Of a DNA stretch of 64,000 nucleotides, positions 18,361 to 27,306 are shown piece after piece; the first letter of the stretch is position 1; each line of letters opens with the position of its first letter. Location of the stretch: the sequence record KX397371.1. One strand, given 5' to 3'. Both the position numbers and the translations under genes were made by a program. The notes below the pieces were generated by a model. It saw nothing but the letters and a program-made list of their open reading frames with translations, was not told where the DNA came from and made no database searches.

Positions 18361-19237
18361 TAGAACTTACCCCGTCTTAAAGAACTTTGAACGTGTCGAT
18401 GCGTGGAACAACGATTCCGACATTTATCGTCACGGTAATGTTCATCAGCAGTCTCTGAAAATGTATCGCCATCTTGGTGAGCTGTGTGAGGGTGTCCAGA
18501 AAATGAAACAGCTGGACGTGGCCTCCGCAATGGGCAAGTTTGTGGTGGCATTGGTCGGCGTGGCGTCCTTTGCAGGGGTTGACGCAGAGGAGCTGGATGA
18601 GCTTTACAGCTACGCGGGCAGAAAAGCTACTCCGTGTACCCCAGCGCAAGCTGCGTGCAATCTGGTGCGTTCTACGACCTCTATGGTTAACGATATCAAC
18701 CAGTGGTTGTCTCCTGCTGGTACTCAGATGGCCAGAGCGATTGCAACGTCCTCTATCTGCGAAGTTTTCTGTTTACTGAAACAGAACGCGTCCCTCAATG
18801 CTATCGTGTTAGACCGCACCATTGAGAACGCCACGAACGTGCTCTGTGCGAAGAAAGGCAAAATGGATGAGTTCGGTTTGTTCCATGCAGAAGAAACCAC
18901 CATTGCCACCTCCAGAACCGGTTTTGTCCATCGCGGTGTGGGCGAGTGGATTAAATTGGCCATCAATCGAGATTTGGAAGGTCGCTTCGCAGAGCTGACC
19001 TCGCAGTTGCAGTTCGAATCGAACAGCGGTGAAGTCAGGCTGCGGGTTGAGGAGTCGATGAACAGCCACCTCGAGTTTACTTTGACCAAACATATCCGCA
19101 TGAAGCCTACTGTTAAACATCTTCTTAATGACCTTACCCCGGCAGTCGTGGTGACGCAAGAAGGTGATCGTCTGGAAGTTACGTCTAACAGCGATCTGCA
19201 AACGTTGTTCACTGAATTGGAAAAGGTAACCGAATAA
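18353..19237 (+). CDS. Degenerate MazG-like protein (paralog of 22386-23219) with extra C-terminal domain
   Basis: W…[21 protein letters not shown]…[12 protein letters not shown]…[15 protein letters not shown] aligns with the intact copy, but the acidic ligands are mostly replaced. Confidence 0.6.
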   Translation: MSDRTYPVLKNFERVDAWNNDSDIYRHGNVHQQSLKMYRHLGELCEGVQKMKQLDVASAMGKFVVALVGVASFAGVDAEELDELYSYAGRKATPCTPAQAACNLVRSTTSMVNDINQWLSPAGTQMARAIATSSICEVFCLLKQNASLNAIVLDRTIENATNVLCAKKGKMDEFGLFHAEETTIATSRTGFVHRGVGEWIKLAINRDLEGRFAELTSQLQFESNSGEVRLRVEESMNSHLEFTLTKHIRMKPTVKHLLNDLTPAVVVTQEGDRLEVTSNSDLQTLFTELEKVTE

Positions 19238-20298
19238 TGAAACAGTATTTGGAATTGATGCACACCGTGTTGAACGAAGGTCACGAGAAAGCTGACCGTA
19301 CCGGCACGGGCACCATCTCTATTTTCGGGCATCAGATGCGTTTTGACCTGCGCAAAGGGTTCCCGCTGGTCACCACCAAAAAGCTGCATCTGCGCTCTAT
19401 CATTCATGAGCTGTTGTGGTTTTTGCAGGGCGACACCAACATCCAGTATCTGAAAGACAACGGCGTAAGTATCTGGAATGAATGGTCGGATGAAAATGGC
19501 GACCTTGGCCCTGTGTACGGACACCAGTGGCGCGAATGGGCAGATGTCAAACTCGTCAGTCACTGGGACGAAGCGTCCAAGAAAGTGTTGTACGATCGTG
19601 GTTATCAGTTCAGCGGGGCTATCAATCGTGATGACCCATCTAAAACGCTGGCGGTGCTTACTAAGCGATTTGACCAAATCCAAACGGTTATTGACCAGTT
19701 GAGAAACGACCCGGACAACCGTCGCATCATTGTCAGTGCATGGAACGTGGGGGATTTGGACGACATGGCGTTAGCGCCGTGCCATTCCTTCTTCCAGTTC
19801 TACTCCCGCCCGATGATGGGCAAAGAGCTGGACGTGTATCTGGCGGAGTACCTTAAAACCGATGCGCGTTTGGCAGCGAAACACGCCGAACAGGTTGCCC
19901 TTTGTGAAGCTGACCCGCAAGGGGATCACGTTAGCTCGCACATGTTCTGCCTGACCAACGATATACCGACGCGTGTACTGTCCTGTCAGCTTTACCAGCG
20001 CAGCGCAGACGTCTTCCTCGGCGTCCCGTTCAACATCGCATCTTACGCGTTGTTGGTTCACATGGTGGCACAACAAGTCAATATGGTGGCGGGTGATTTC
20101 GTCTGGACGGGTGGTGATACCCATCTGTACTCGAACCATCTGGAACAGGCCACGTTGCAGCTCTCCCGTGTGCCGCATGACCTGCCCAAGCTCGTCATCA
20201 AACGTAAGCCCGATTCTATCTTCGACTATAAGTTCGAAGATTTTGAAATCGTCGGTTATGAATCACATCCAGCGATTAAGGCCCCGGTTGCTATTTAA
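19237..20298 (+). CDS. thyA: Thymidylate synthase
   Basis: DRTGTGT, LAPCH (catalytic Cys), [28 protein letters not shown]; two insertions relative to E. coli ThyA. Confidence 0.97.
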   Translation: MKQYLELMHTVLNEGHEKADRTGTGTISIFGHQMRFDLRKGFPLVTTKKLHLRSIIHELLWFLQGDTNIQYLKDNGVSIWNEWSDENGDLGPVYGHQWREWADVKLVSHWDEASKKVLYDRGYQFSGAINRDDPSKTLAVLTKRFDQIQTVIDQLRNDPDNRRIIVSAWNVGDLDDMALAPCHSFFQFYSRPMMGKELDVYLAEYLKTDARLAAKHAEQVALCEADPQGDHVSSHMFCLTNDIPTRVLSCQLYQRSADVFLGVPFNIASYALLVHMVAQQVNMVAGDFVWTGGDTHLYSNHLEQATLQLSRVPHDLPKLVIKRKPDSIFDYKFEDFEIVGYESHPAIKAPVAI

Positions 20299-20307
20299 GG
20301 AGCGTGT

Positions 20308-20808
20308 ATGTCTGACAACATACTGAAGTTTCCCGGTAAGCCTAATCCTAACCCTATCACCGTGACGCCCCATGAACACCGCGCCCATTTCCCCATTCAC
20401 AGCCGTGACGGGAAGGTGGGTTCGTTTACAGTACCGGTGGGTGATATGTATTGGTGGGCGGCGATTTACGAACAAGTGGCTGCGGCCAATCCGTTTTTCG
20501 AGAACGTCTTTTACTTTTACTCCGAACCTTACGGCTGGCAAAATCAATCCTACACGAAACGTAAAACATCGTGCGAATTGACGATTGACCGCCGAACCCT
20601 GATAGAGATATTGAAAGTGGTGTCTTATACGCACATTCTGTCTCTTGACGGTTACCTGAACGATGACGATTACGAGATAGTCCATGACAATGCCCTGATG
20701 GTGTTGGCTGACGATTTGGAAATCGATTATGCGATGGGGATCTTCATGTCCCCGACAACGAACCCTGACCGGTTCATCATTAATTTCGTGGAATGCCATA
20801 ATGACTGA
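20308..20808 (+). CDS. Hypothetical protein
   Basis: AAGGAG RBS, 166 aa. Confidence 0.65.
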   Translation: MSDNILKFPGKPNPNPITVTPHEHRAHFPIHSRDGKVGSFTVPVGDMYWWAAIYEQVAAANPFFENVFYFYSEPYGWQNQSYTKRKTSCELTIDRRTLIEILKVVSYTHILSLDGYLNDDDYEIVHDNALMVLADDLEIDYAMGIFMSPTTNPDRFIINFVECHND

Positions 20809-21676
20809 CAAACTCAATAACCTGTATTTCTTCTCTGACCGTTTCTACACCATGCCGGGTGACAACTACTCCTTCGGTATCGTTGCAGCAAAAGACACGG
20901 CCGAAGCCAAGTTGATGCTGGGCACCGAACTGGTTGATGGTCTGCCGCTGGGCACCACTAACACATCGGGTCAGATTCTGTGTGCGGAAGAAATCCGTCA
21001 CATCGATCCGCGCGCTGACAGTGTCGCCAAGACCGTGACCGCTGAGCTGTGGAAACTGAACGACGGTGTGGATGTTTCAGAGCGCGTGAAGTATCTGCGT
21101 GAAACCATTTCGAAAATGCAGGGTATTGACTGTAGCGCACTGGAAGTGGACTTCACCCGCTGTCTGCGTATTCCTGGCGGCTGCACCAGCACCGGCAGTG
21201 ACCTGTGGCGCATCATGGTGAAGCACCCAGACTTCCCACAAACTGTACCGATCATGCTGTCCGCACACGGCGACGGTTCAATCACCGGTAACGATGATGT
21301 GAACTTCACCAAACTCGGTGAAACCGAAGAGTACACCTACCACGAAAACGTGGATCGTGTGCTGACGCCTGAATGGCTCCTGCTGGACTTGTTGGAACAG
21401 CATGGCCTGACCCCAGAAGACTGGTACGTGATTGCCGGTACGGCGCGCGCAGCAGCCTATAGCGCTGCCCCGGTAGACGGCTGGGAAGAAGTGAACGAAG
21501 TGTATGGTCAGAATGAAAGTGCGCACGTCATCCGTTTCTGGCTGAACCCAGACTGGCAGAACCTGATTGTGGCGGCTGTGGCGAAAGTGGTTGAGTCCAT
21601 GCCAAAAGAGCCGCTGCCAGAAAACCTCGCCGACGAACTGGCGGGTTCCGAATCTGCGGACGAAGCCGCAGAGTAA
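20801..21676 (+). CDS. Hypothetical acidic protein
   Basis: Start re-placed at ATG 20801 (MTDKLNN…); strong C/T third-position codon bias suggests high expression. Confidence 0.65.
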   Translation: MTDKLNNLYFFSDRFYTMPGDNYSFGIVAAKDTAEAKLMLGTELVDGLPLGTTNTSGQILCAEEIRHIDPRADSVAKTVTAELWKLNDGVDVSERVKYLRETISKMQGIDCSALEVDFTRCLRIPGGCTSTGSDLWRIMVKHPDFPQTVPIMLSAHGDGSITGNDDVNFTKLGETEEYTYHENVDRVLTPEWLLLDLLEQHGLTPEDWYVIAGTARAAAYSAAPVDGWEEVNEVYGQNESAHVIRFWLNPDWQNLIVAAVAKVVESMPKEPLPENLADELAGSESADEAAE

Positions 21677-21698
21677 CTTAACTGAAAAGGTGAATAAA

Positions 21699-22151
21699 GT
21701 GTCTACGACTCTAATCAATTACGATTTAGTAGTGCAAGAACTTTCCAAGGGGTTGGTTGCCCTCGACAGCGAAACGGCGTTGCGTTGCAATATGCTTCCC
21801 CATATCGCGCTCAGTGAGTTCCGCACCATTCGTTATGGTGCCGGACGCCAGAACGGGGTAACCGAACATGCTTCAAAATTAGCTGCGGAGCATAATGGCC
21901 CAGCACTGGTTCTGACGCATGCGGTGTCGTTACGGGACGATTTCATGTTTCGTGTCGAAGGTAACTTTCCGGGTAAGGGCAACATCACTTCGTTATGTGG
22001 GTACTTCCCCGACAATTGGCGAGTTGAGAAGTTCAGTCTCGTTATTGTTGATGAAGCCGGTTTCTTCTTTAAGAAATTTGGCTACGATAAAATCTATCGC
22101 AGTCTGGCAACACAAACGACTGACGATGTTGTGATTCACCTGATTAACTGA
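21699..22151 (+). CDS. Small P-loop/ASCE NTPase-like protein
   Basis: AAGGTG RBS with GTG 21699; AGRQNGVT (RQxGxT Walker A-like) and LVIVDEAG (Walker B). Confidence 0.5.
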   Translation: MSTTLINYDLVVQELSKGLVALDSETALRCNMLPHIALSEFRTIRYGAGRQNGVTEHASKLAAEHNGPALVLTHAVSLRDDFMFRVEGNFPGKGNITSLCGYFPDNWRVEKFSLVIVDEAGFFFKKFGYDKIYRSLATQTTDDVVIHLIN

Positions 22152-22159
22152 GGTTTGTA

Positions 22160-22330
22160 ATGTCCCAAGTAGAAAAAGAGCAGCAAGTCATCACGCAAGC
22201 CGATACCACCACACTGGACGATTTGTTCGGTGGTGATATTCCGGGCGTGGATGAGAATGCGGTGGTTGAAGGCGGTGTCGATGCGGCGGCTGAAGACGAC
22301 AACTGTGCAGGCGGTGCCTGCAAAATTTAA
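22160..22330 (+). CDS. 56-aa acidic peptide ending in an NrdA-like redox tail (DDNCAGGACKI)
   Basis: Below the ORF-track cutoff. GAGGT RBS; manual translation MSQVEKEQQVITQADTTTLDDLFGGDIPGVDENAVVEGGVDAAAEDDNCAGGACKI*; followed directly by a terminator. Confidence 0.75.
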   Translation: MSQVEKEQQVITQADTTTLDDLFGGDIPGVDENAVVEGGVDAAAEDDNCAGGACKI

Positions 22331-22337
22331 CAAGAGC

Positions 22338-22370
22338 GGGTGTCCTTATGGACACCCCTATTTCATTTTT
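22338..22370 (+). terminator. Rho-independent terminator
   Basis: GGGTGTCC-TTAT-GGACACCC followed by a T-rich tract. Confidence 0.65.
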
Positions 22371-22385
22371 TAAGGACTATCAGAA

Positions 22386-23219
22386 ATGCAACAGACTTTT
22401 GAGTTACCGATTGAACACAAAGCCATCATCCTGAATAGCGCTATCTTAGATTTCGTCATGCCTCAGTTGGCGGCTGCCGGTAAACGGATGTCTCGCATTA
22501 CGCGTCTGGCACTCAGCAGTGAAGGCCCACAGACGCTGGTTAACGGTTTTACCTTTGAAGGTGAACCGGCAGAATTCCACGCGATGTTGCGTTATCACAC
22601 CGCGCTCGACTTCCACAAAGAGCCGGTCTACCATAACCGCATCGTCCCGCTGTACCGTGTGTCACAATGTGTGGCCAAAGTCATTGGCTGGTCAACTGAC
22701 CGCGGTATTCTGGAAAACGGCCGTTGGGACTCACAGGGTACGAAGCTGTATGAAGAAGACGGTGAAGCCGCAACTGGCGTGGGTAAAAACAAAAAGCGTC
22801 TGATCATCGACGGTATCGGTGATGCGCTGGTTGTACTCGTTAACGTACTGGAACTGACCAGTATTGATGCCGCAGAAATTGCGCACATTTATCAGCTGGT
22901 ACGTGACACCAAAACCGTGGTGGATAACCCGCACTACCATTTCCACAAAATGCGTAAGAACCTGACCGAAGTGGTCGATGTGGTTTATGAATGTGAAGCC
23001 ATCGATTCACCGAAGAAAGTGGAAATCGGTCGCTTAACGCACGATGAGCGTCAGCAGATGTTGGGTCATGCGCAGCAGGCAATCCATCATGCCAACCAAC
23101 TGGCACGCCATTACGATTACTCGCTGGATGAGTGCTTCTCTCTGGCGTGGGATGAAATCAAAGACCGTAAAGGTTTCCTGAACGCTGACGGTGTGTTCAT
23201 CAAAGAAGCCGACGCTTAA
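22386..23219 (+). CDS. mazG: MazG-like nucleotide pyrophosphohydrolase
   Basis: WSTDRGIL…QGTKLYEEDGE…IIDGIGDALVVL…LDECFSLAWDEIKDRKG…GVFIKE with acidic metal ligands intact. Confidence 0.8.
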   Translation: MQQTFELPIEHKAIILNSAILDFVMPQLAAAGKRMSRITRLALSSEGPQTLVNGFTFEGEPAEFHAMLRYHTALDFHKEPVYHNRIVPLYRVSQCVAKVIGWSTDRGILENGRWDSQGTKLYEEDGEAATGVGKNKKRLIIDGIGDALVVLVNVLELTSIDAAEIAHIYQLVRDTKTVVDNPHYHFHKMRKNLTEVVDVVYECEAIDSPKKVEIGRLTHDERQQMLGHAQQAIHHANQLARHYDYSLDECFSLAWDEIKDRKGFLNADGVFIKEADA

Positions 23220-23251
23220 TTCACGTCCACTAACAATGCAGGAGTAGGACA

Positions 23252-24106
23252 ATGGAATACCAATTATTTCTCATCACGAACGACTTTACCAAATCCTTTG
23301 TGGACGAGTCGTTTCATGCCACGGTAGTTGCGCCGACAGAGGCCGCTGCTCGTTGGATTGTTGCCCAGCAATGTACTGACCTTCCGATGAATGAAGTGCA
23401 GGCTGCGGTAGCTTTTGCAGTGGGTAAGATTGACGCCCCTGCCGAGGGAATAATTTCTTTTGAGTTCGGGAAACGTAATCGCTTCCCACTCGTTAACCTC
23501 GACGCCTACAAGCGCCGTGAAGAGTTCGTTGAAGTTGAGCTACACGGCGGGATACAACCGACGCACGATATTCATCCGCCGGTGCCGGGTGCGGTGGTCA
23601 AATGTTTCGCGAGCAAAGAGCATCCGCGAATCGTGTTGATCCGCAGCACACTCAAAACCAGCACGCCGACCCTCATTGAAGAAGTGGGTGTGACGAACGA
23701 AGCCACATCGGTTCAGCTTTACACTGTTCATTCGCCGTCGGCGTATGCCGAGGTGGCAAAAGGTGAAGTCTTCACCACTGAGTACATCAATCTGTTTGGT
23801 TGTGAAGATGTCCTGCTGTTCCGCACGCTCATCATTCGCAACACCGAGCTGGCGTATCAGGACAAGCGCACGGAAGGGTTATTGCAGGAACTGCAATCAT
23901 TCTTCACCGAAGGGGGCGATCGTAACAGCATGGATGTGGGTATCAGCTACTATCCGGGCCAGAAGTTGACCATTGCTGATCCCGCTAAGGTGGTACTGTG
24001 GGTCATGTCGTTACCGCAGGTCATCACCCTCGACCGGACGATTACGGAAGAGAGCCTCAAGCCGTTTGCAGGCACTAACTGCCACACCCTGAACGCGGGA
24101 GAGTAA
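23252..24106 (+). CDS. Hypothetical protein
   Basis: AGGAG/AGGA RBS, 284 aa. Confidence 0.65.
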   Translation: MEYQLFLITNDFTKSFVDESFHATVVAPTEAAARWIVAQQCTDLPMNEVQAAVAFAVGKIDAPAEGIISFEFGKRNRFPLVNLDAYKRREEFVEVELHGGIQPTHDIHPPVPGAVVKCFASKEHPRIVLIRSTLKTSTPTLIEEVGVTNEATSVQLYTVHSPSAYAEVAKGEVFTTEYINLFGCEDVLLFRTLIIRNTELAYQDKRTEGLLQELQSFFTEGGDRNSMDVGISYYPGQKLTIADPAKVVLWVMSLPQVITLDRTITEESLKPFAGTNCHTLNAGE

Positions 24107-24107
24107 T

Positions 24108-24608
24108 ATGTTTGATGTGGACGTCGTCCCCCAAGGGGACGAGTTCGCAGTACAGATAAACGGCGTCACCATCTGTGTCTGCGACGAACAACGGGCTAAC
24201 TTCTGGCGTTGCTGTACGGGCGCGGATAAAGTCTTCGTCAGCTGTGACGTCGGTGTGTCGTTTGGTGAAGAACCACTGCGGTTGTGTAAGTTCCGTATCA
24301 CTGAAACGGAAATGCGCACGTTCCTCGGACAGGTAGTCTACACCTACGGCCATCTCGACCATGAGAACCGTGTGGGTTGGGTAGAAATTGACCCGACTAT
24401 CATGCGGACGTTACGTCAGGACGCTGAGGAGATTGTTGAGTCACAAAGCATGTGGCTTGATGAGGATGACGTGTACCCGAAAGGGGTACCGTTTATCCTT
24501 ATCCATCCCGAACGCAACAGCCGTACTGGGGAAGCCTTTATTGAGCTGATGTTTATCGAAATGCCGGAGAACGATGATGTCGAAGAAAAAGAACCAGCTG
24601 ACTTTTAA
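24108..24608 (+). CDS. Hypothetical acidic protein
   Basis: GGAG RBS, coupled to the previous gene. Confidence 0.6.
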   Translation: MFDVDVVPQGDEFAVQINGVTICVCDEQRANFWRCCTGADKVFVSCDVGVSFGEEPLRLCKFRITETEMRTFLGQVVYTYGHLDHENRVGWVEIDPTIMRTLRQDAEEIVESQSMWLDEDDVYPKGVPFILIHPERNSRTGEAFIELMFIEMPENDDVEEKEPADF

Positions 24609-25020
24609 TGCTGATAGTCAGACCATCAGCGTAAACGGAAAGAACTGGGGTAACCTCGGATTGGCAGCATGGGTGCTGGAACGTCTGGCGAACCGCTCTA
24701 CCCGTTTCGGGGGTCTCGACTTTGTCATCATCGACGAACCGCTCAAGTACGAACCGTGGCAGAATTTTCATGCCGTCGAAATGTACAGTGCGATTCCGAA
24801 CATGGTAATCTCAAAGGTGCTGGCAGAACAGAACTACCGTGGTGGTTTTACCAACCCGCATTGGGCACTGACCTCGAGTCAGAAGTACGGCATTGAAGTG
24901 CCGCTACTGAACAAAGTCCCACCGGACATTGGTGAAGATGCATTGGTGTTCTTCTTCTCCTACGACCACGCTGAACCAAACAGCGAGTTCCAGTGGACGA
25001 TGCTGCATCAGATGCGTTAA
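24577..25020 (+). CDS. Hypothetical protein
   Basis: GGAG RBS; ends at the bidirectional terminator. Confidence 0.6.
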   Translation: MSKKKNQLTFNADSQTISVNGKNWGNLGLAAWVLERLANRSTRFGGLDFVIIDEPLKYEPWQNFHAVEMYSAIPNMVISKVLAEQNYRGGFTNPHWALTSSQKYGIEVPLLNKVPPDIGEDALVFFFSYDHAEPNSEFQWTMLHQMR

Positions 25021-25070
25021 ATAAAAAGACTACCTACTCCCGAAGGAGTAGGTAGCTTTATTTTTTTTTG
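25021..25070. terminator. Bidirectional terminator
   Basis: A-tract, CTACCTACTCC-CGAA-GGAGTAGGTAG, T-tract; stem identical to that at 8536. Confidence 0.8.
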
Positions 25071-25071
25071 C

Positions 25072-27261
25072 TTACAGGTCACCACGCGCCGTACCGGTGA
25101 ACGCCGTGAAGACGTTGGCCACCATACGGGCAGGAGGGAGGTCGAAGAACTTGTTCATAATCGCACCCTGCGAGAAGGCAGATTTCCATGACTGGAACTG
25201 CACGTTCGCATTCTGCGTGGCTTTCGCCCAACCACTGGTACGTTGGTGTAAGGTTGCGGAACCCAGCACCGCCATGAAGTCGGAGAACTTGTTATCGTCA
25301 TCCCACACGCCGGTATCGGTTACGATAGGCATGTACATGGTGCGTGACATGTCACGGATGGTCACGTTGATGTCACAAGACAGTGGCACTCCGTCAGTAC
25401 GCCAGCCCAGACCACCGACACCGAAGTTCAGACTCACGTTCGTCACCATGGCGTTACGCATCGAGTAGCGACCTCGAGAGTAGGCTTCCAGATAGAACGG
25501 GTGTGTGAACGACTGCTTACCGGTGGCTAACGGGCAGACTGCGGCTAACCAGAAGGCCACGGGGAGAATCAGGTCTTGGAAGACGTCTAAGTCCCCGCCC
25601 GACCAACAGCGACACGGAATGGTAAAGGAGATGTCATCACCGGACGTGTCTGATGAATCCCACACTTCAGGGAAGTCAATCACCGACGAGTTATAGAGTG
25701 ACATAATCCCCGACAGGTGGAGGAAGTCCAACGCCCCTGCAAAGGCTGACTTCAATCCGGTGATTAAACCGTCCACACCATCAATACCGGTTTTCCCGCC
25801 TGCCAGACTCACCTCCAGCGAACGGGCTTTTTGGGTGGCAGAGTTGACCGTACCGGAAATCTCTGGCTCTTTGGTCGAGTTGCTGAACGTACGGGTCGTG
25901 GTGTCGCGTCCGTTAATCTTCCAAGTTACCCACTGTGAACCGTTACTGAGTTCGTCCCCAGCCTGTTGCACAATCCCGTCGGTAATCTTCGAGAACTCCC
26001 CGAACATGGTACCGAAGGTACTCTTCTCCCCTTCGCGCATCCAGTTCTCAATTTTACCGGTGTCTTTTGCCAACGCTTCGCCGTTGTCGTCCGCCCCATT
26101 GTTGTTCGCCATGGTTTGGGCTTGGAGTTGCTGTTGGGCAACGTCTGCCGATTTTAAGAACTGCTGCTCACCACCACCCGCACTGTCAGCGTCTGCAAAC
26201 TTCGCGGTCATGTTATCCAACACTTGGTCTTCACTCATGTCCGGGTTCTCAACACCTTTATAACCGGCACTGGTACGTGCAAGTTGTTCAAGGGTTGACA
26301 GCGAGACTTCAAACGAAGCAGCCTTGTCCAGATACTGGCGACTGTACGTCATGGTCTTGTAGAACGACTGAATCTTCGTGGCCATCTCTGCTTCGGTTTT
26401 GGAGGTGGCTTTGATTTCTTCAATCGTCTTCGCTTGGAAGTTTGCAAGCGTCTGGTAACGGTTAATCATTCGATAGATGTCGAACTCCCCGTTAGACTTC
26501 CAGATATCCGGCAGGCCCGCGTAGATGTCTTCCTTGTTCGCGGTGAAGTTTTTGTTTTTGTCCTCATCGTTCTTGGCAAGCCCGAATGAGGAGAGTATCC
26601 CCGTTGGCACCAGACGACGATAAAGCAACTGCGTGTTGACGATGTTCTGCACAGCACGTAAGTACAGGTGCATGGTCGGCTTCACGTAGTAATACTTCGA
26701 AGACTGTTTGTCGAGGACGGCTTTCATGATTCGTGGGGTGATCAGGATAAGCGCGAACGCGACCGTACCCACGGTGGCCCAGATAGCAGCTGCGGCGGTG
26801 TACGAGGCCAGTGAACGAATGACGCCCGGATAGTCACCTGTACGGGCGAGATATGCGAGCTTCGAGTCGTACATGTTGGCAAAGAAGGCAGCGACACCGA
26901 GATAGCGTGGCTTACCAAAACGGCAGTGCAGATAGAAGGCGTTCTGCTCAATGGATTCGTAATAGTACGCACCTAAGCGATACGACCCTTGGGCGGAGAA
27001 CGACTCAAACCACCGGCGGTTACTCTGCGGGCCGGGGGCTTCTTTGGGTACCGCTAACGCCCCGGTAATCGGTGGGTCAGCAAAGAACGTAAATTGGGGT
27101 GGTGCATTTAACGCGGCGTTACCGCCCACTGTGGTGTCACTGAATGACAGCAGAGCATCGGAGTACGTACGCGTGTTGTAGAAACGGGTATCCCGTGGCA
27201 ACTTCATACTGCCAAACAATCCGTTCACCCACGTTGTGTCGTTGAGCGATCGTGTATCCAC
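25072..27261 (-). CDS. Tail/baseplate hub-associated virion protein (phiKZ gp182-like by synteny)
   Basis: 729 aa directly downstream of the tape-measure gene; GAGG RBS with GTG start. Confidence 0.6.
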   Translation of the reverse strand: MDTRSLNDTTWVNGLFGSMKLPRDTRFYNTRTYSDALLSFSDTTVGGNAALNAPPQFTFFADPPITGALAVPKEAPGPQSNRRWFESFSAQGSYRLGAYYYESIEQNAFYLHCRFGKPRYLGVAAFFANMYDSKLAYLARTGDYPGVIRSLASYTAAAAIWATVGTVAFALILITPRIMKAVLDKQSSKYYYVKPTMHLYLRAVQNIVNTQLLYRRLVPTGILSSFGLAKNDEDKNKNFTANKEDIYAGLPDIWKSNGEFDIYRMINRYQTLANFQAKTIEEIKATSKTEAEMATKIQSFYKTMTYSRQYLDKAASFEVSLSTLEQLARTSAGYKGVENPDMSEDQVLDNMTAKFADADSAGGGEQQFLKSADVAQQQLQAQTMANNNGADDNGEALAKDTGKIENWMREGEKSTFGTMFGEFSKITDGIVQQAGDELSNGSQWVTWKINGRDTTTRTFSNSTKEPEISGTVNSATQKARSLEVSLAGGKTGIDGVDGLITGLKSAFAGALDFLHLSGIMSLYNSSVIDFPEVWDSSDTSGDDISFTIPCRCWSGGDLDVFQDLILPVAFWLAAVCPLATGKQSFTHPFYLEAYSRGRYSMRNAMVTNVSLNFGVGGLGWRTDGVPLSCDINVTIRDMSRTMYMPIVTDTGVWDDDNKFSDFMAVLGSATLHQRTSGWAKATQNANVQFQSWKSAFSQGAIMNKFFDLPPARMVANVFTAFTGTARGDL

Positions 27262-27306
27262 GTTAACCTCACTTATGGAAATGGGGGAGGTTTCCCTCCC
27301 CCGTTG

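Noticed and set aside
18724-19683. 319-aa minus-strand ORF
   Set aside because: Antisense to the MazG-like gene and thyA, which have clear motifs
8530-25070. Repeated hairpins as possible CRISPR or REP repeats
   Set aside because: Copies are dispersed singly at gene ends with T-tracts, not arrayed with spacers; they are better explained as terminators
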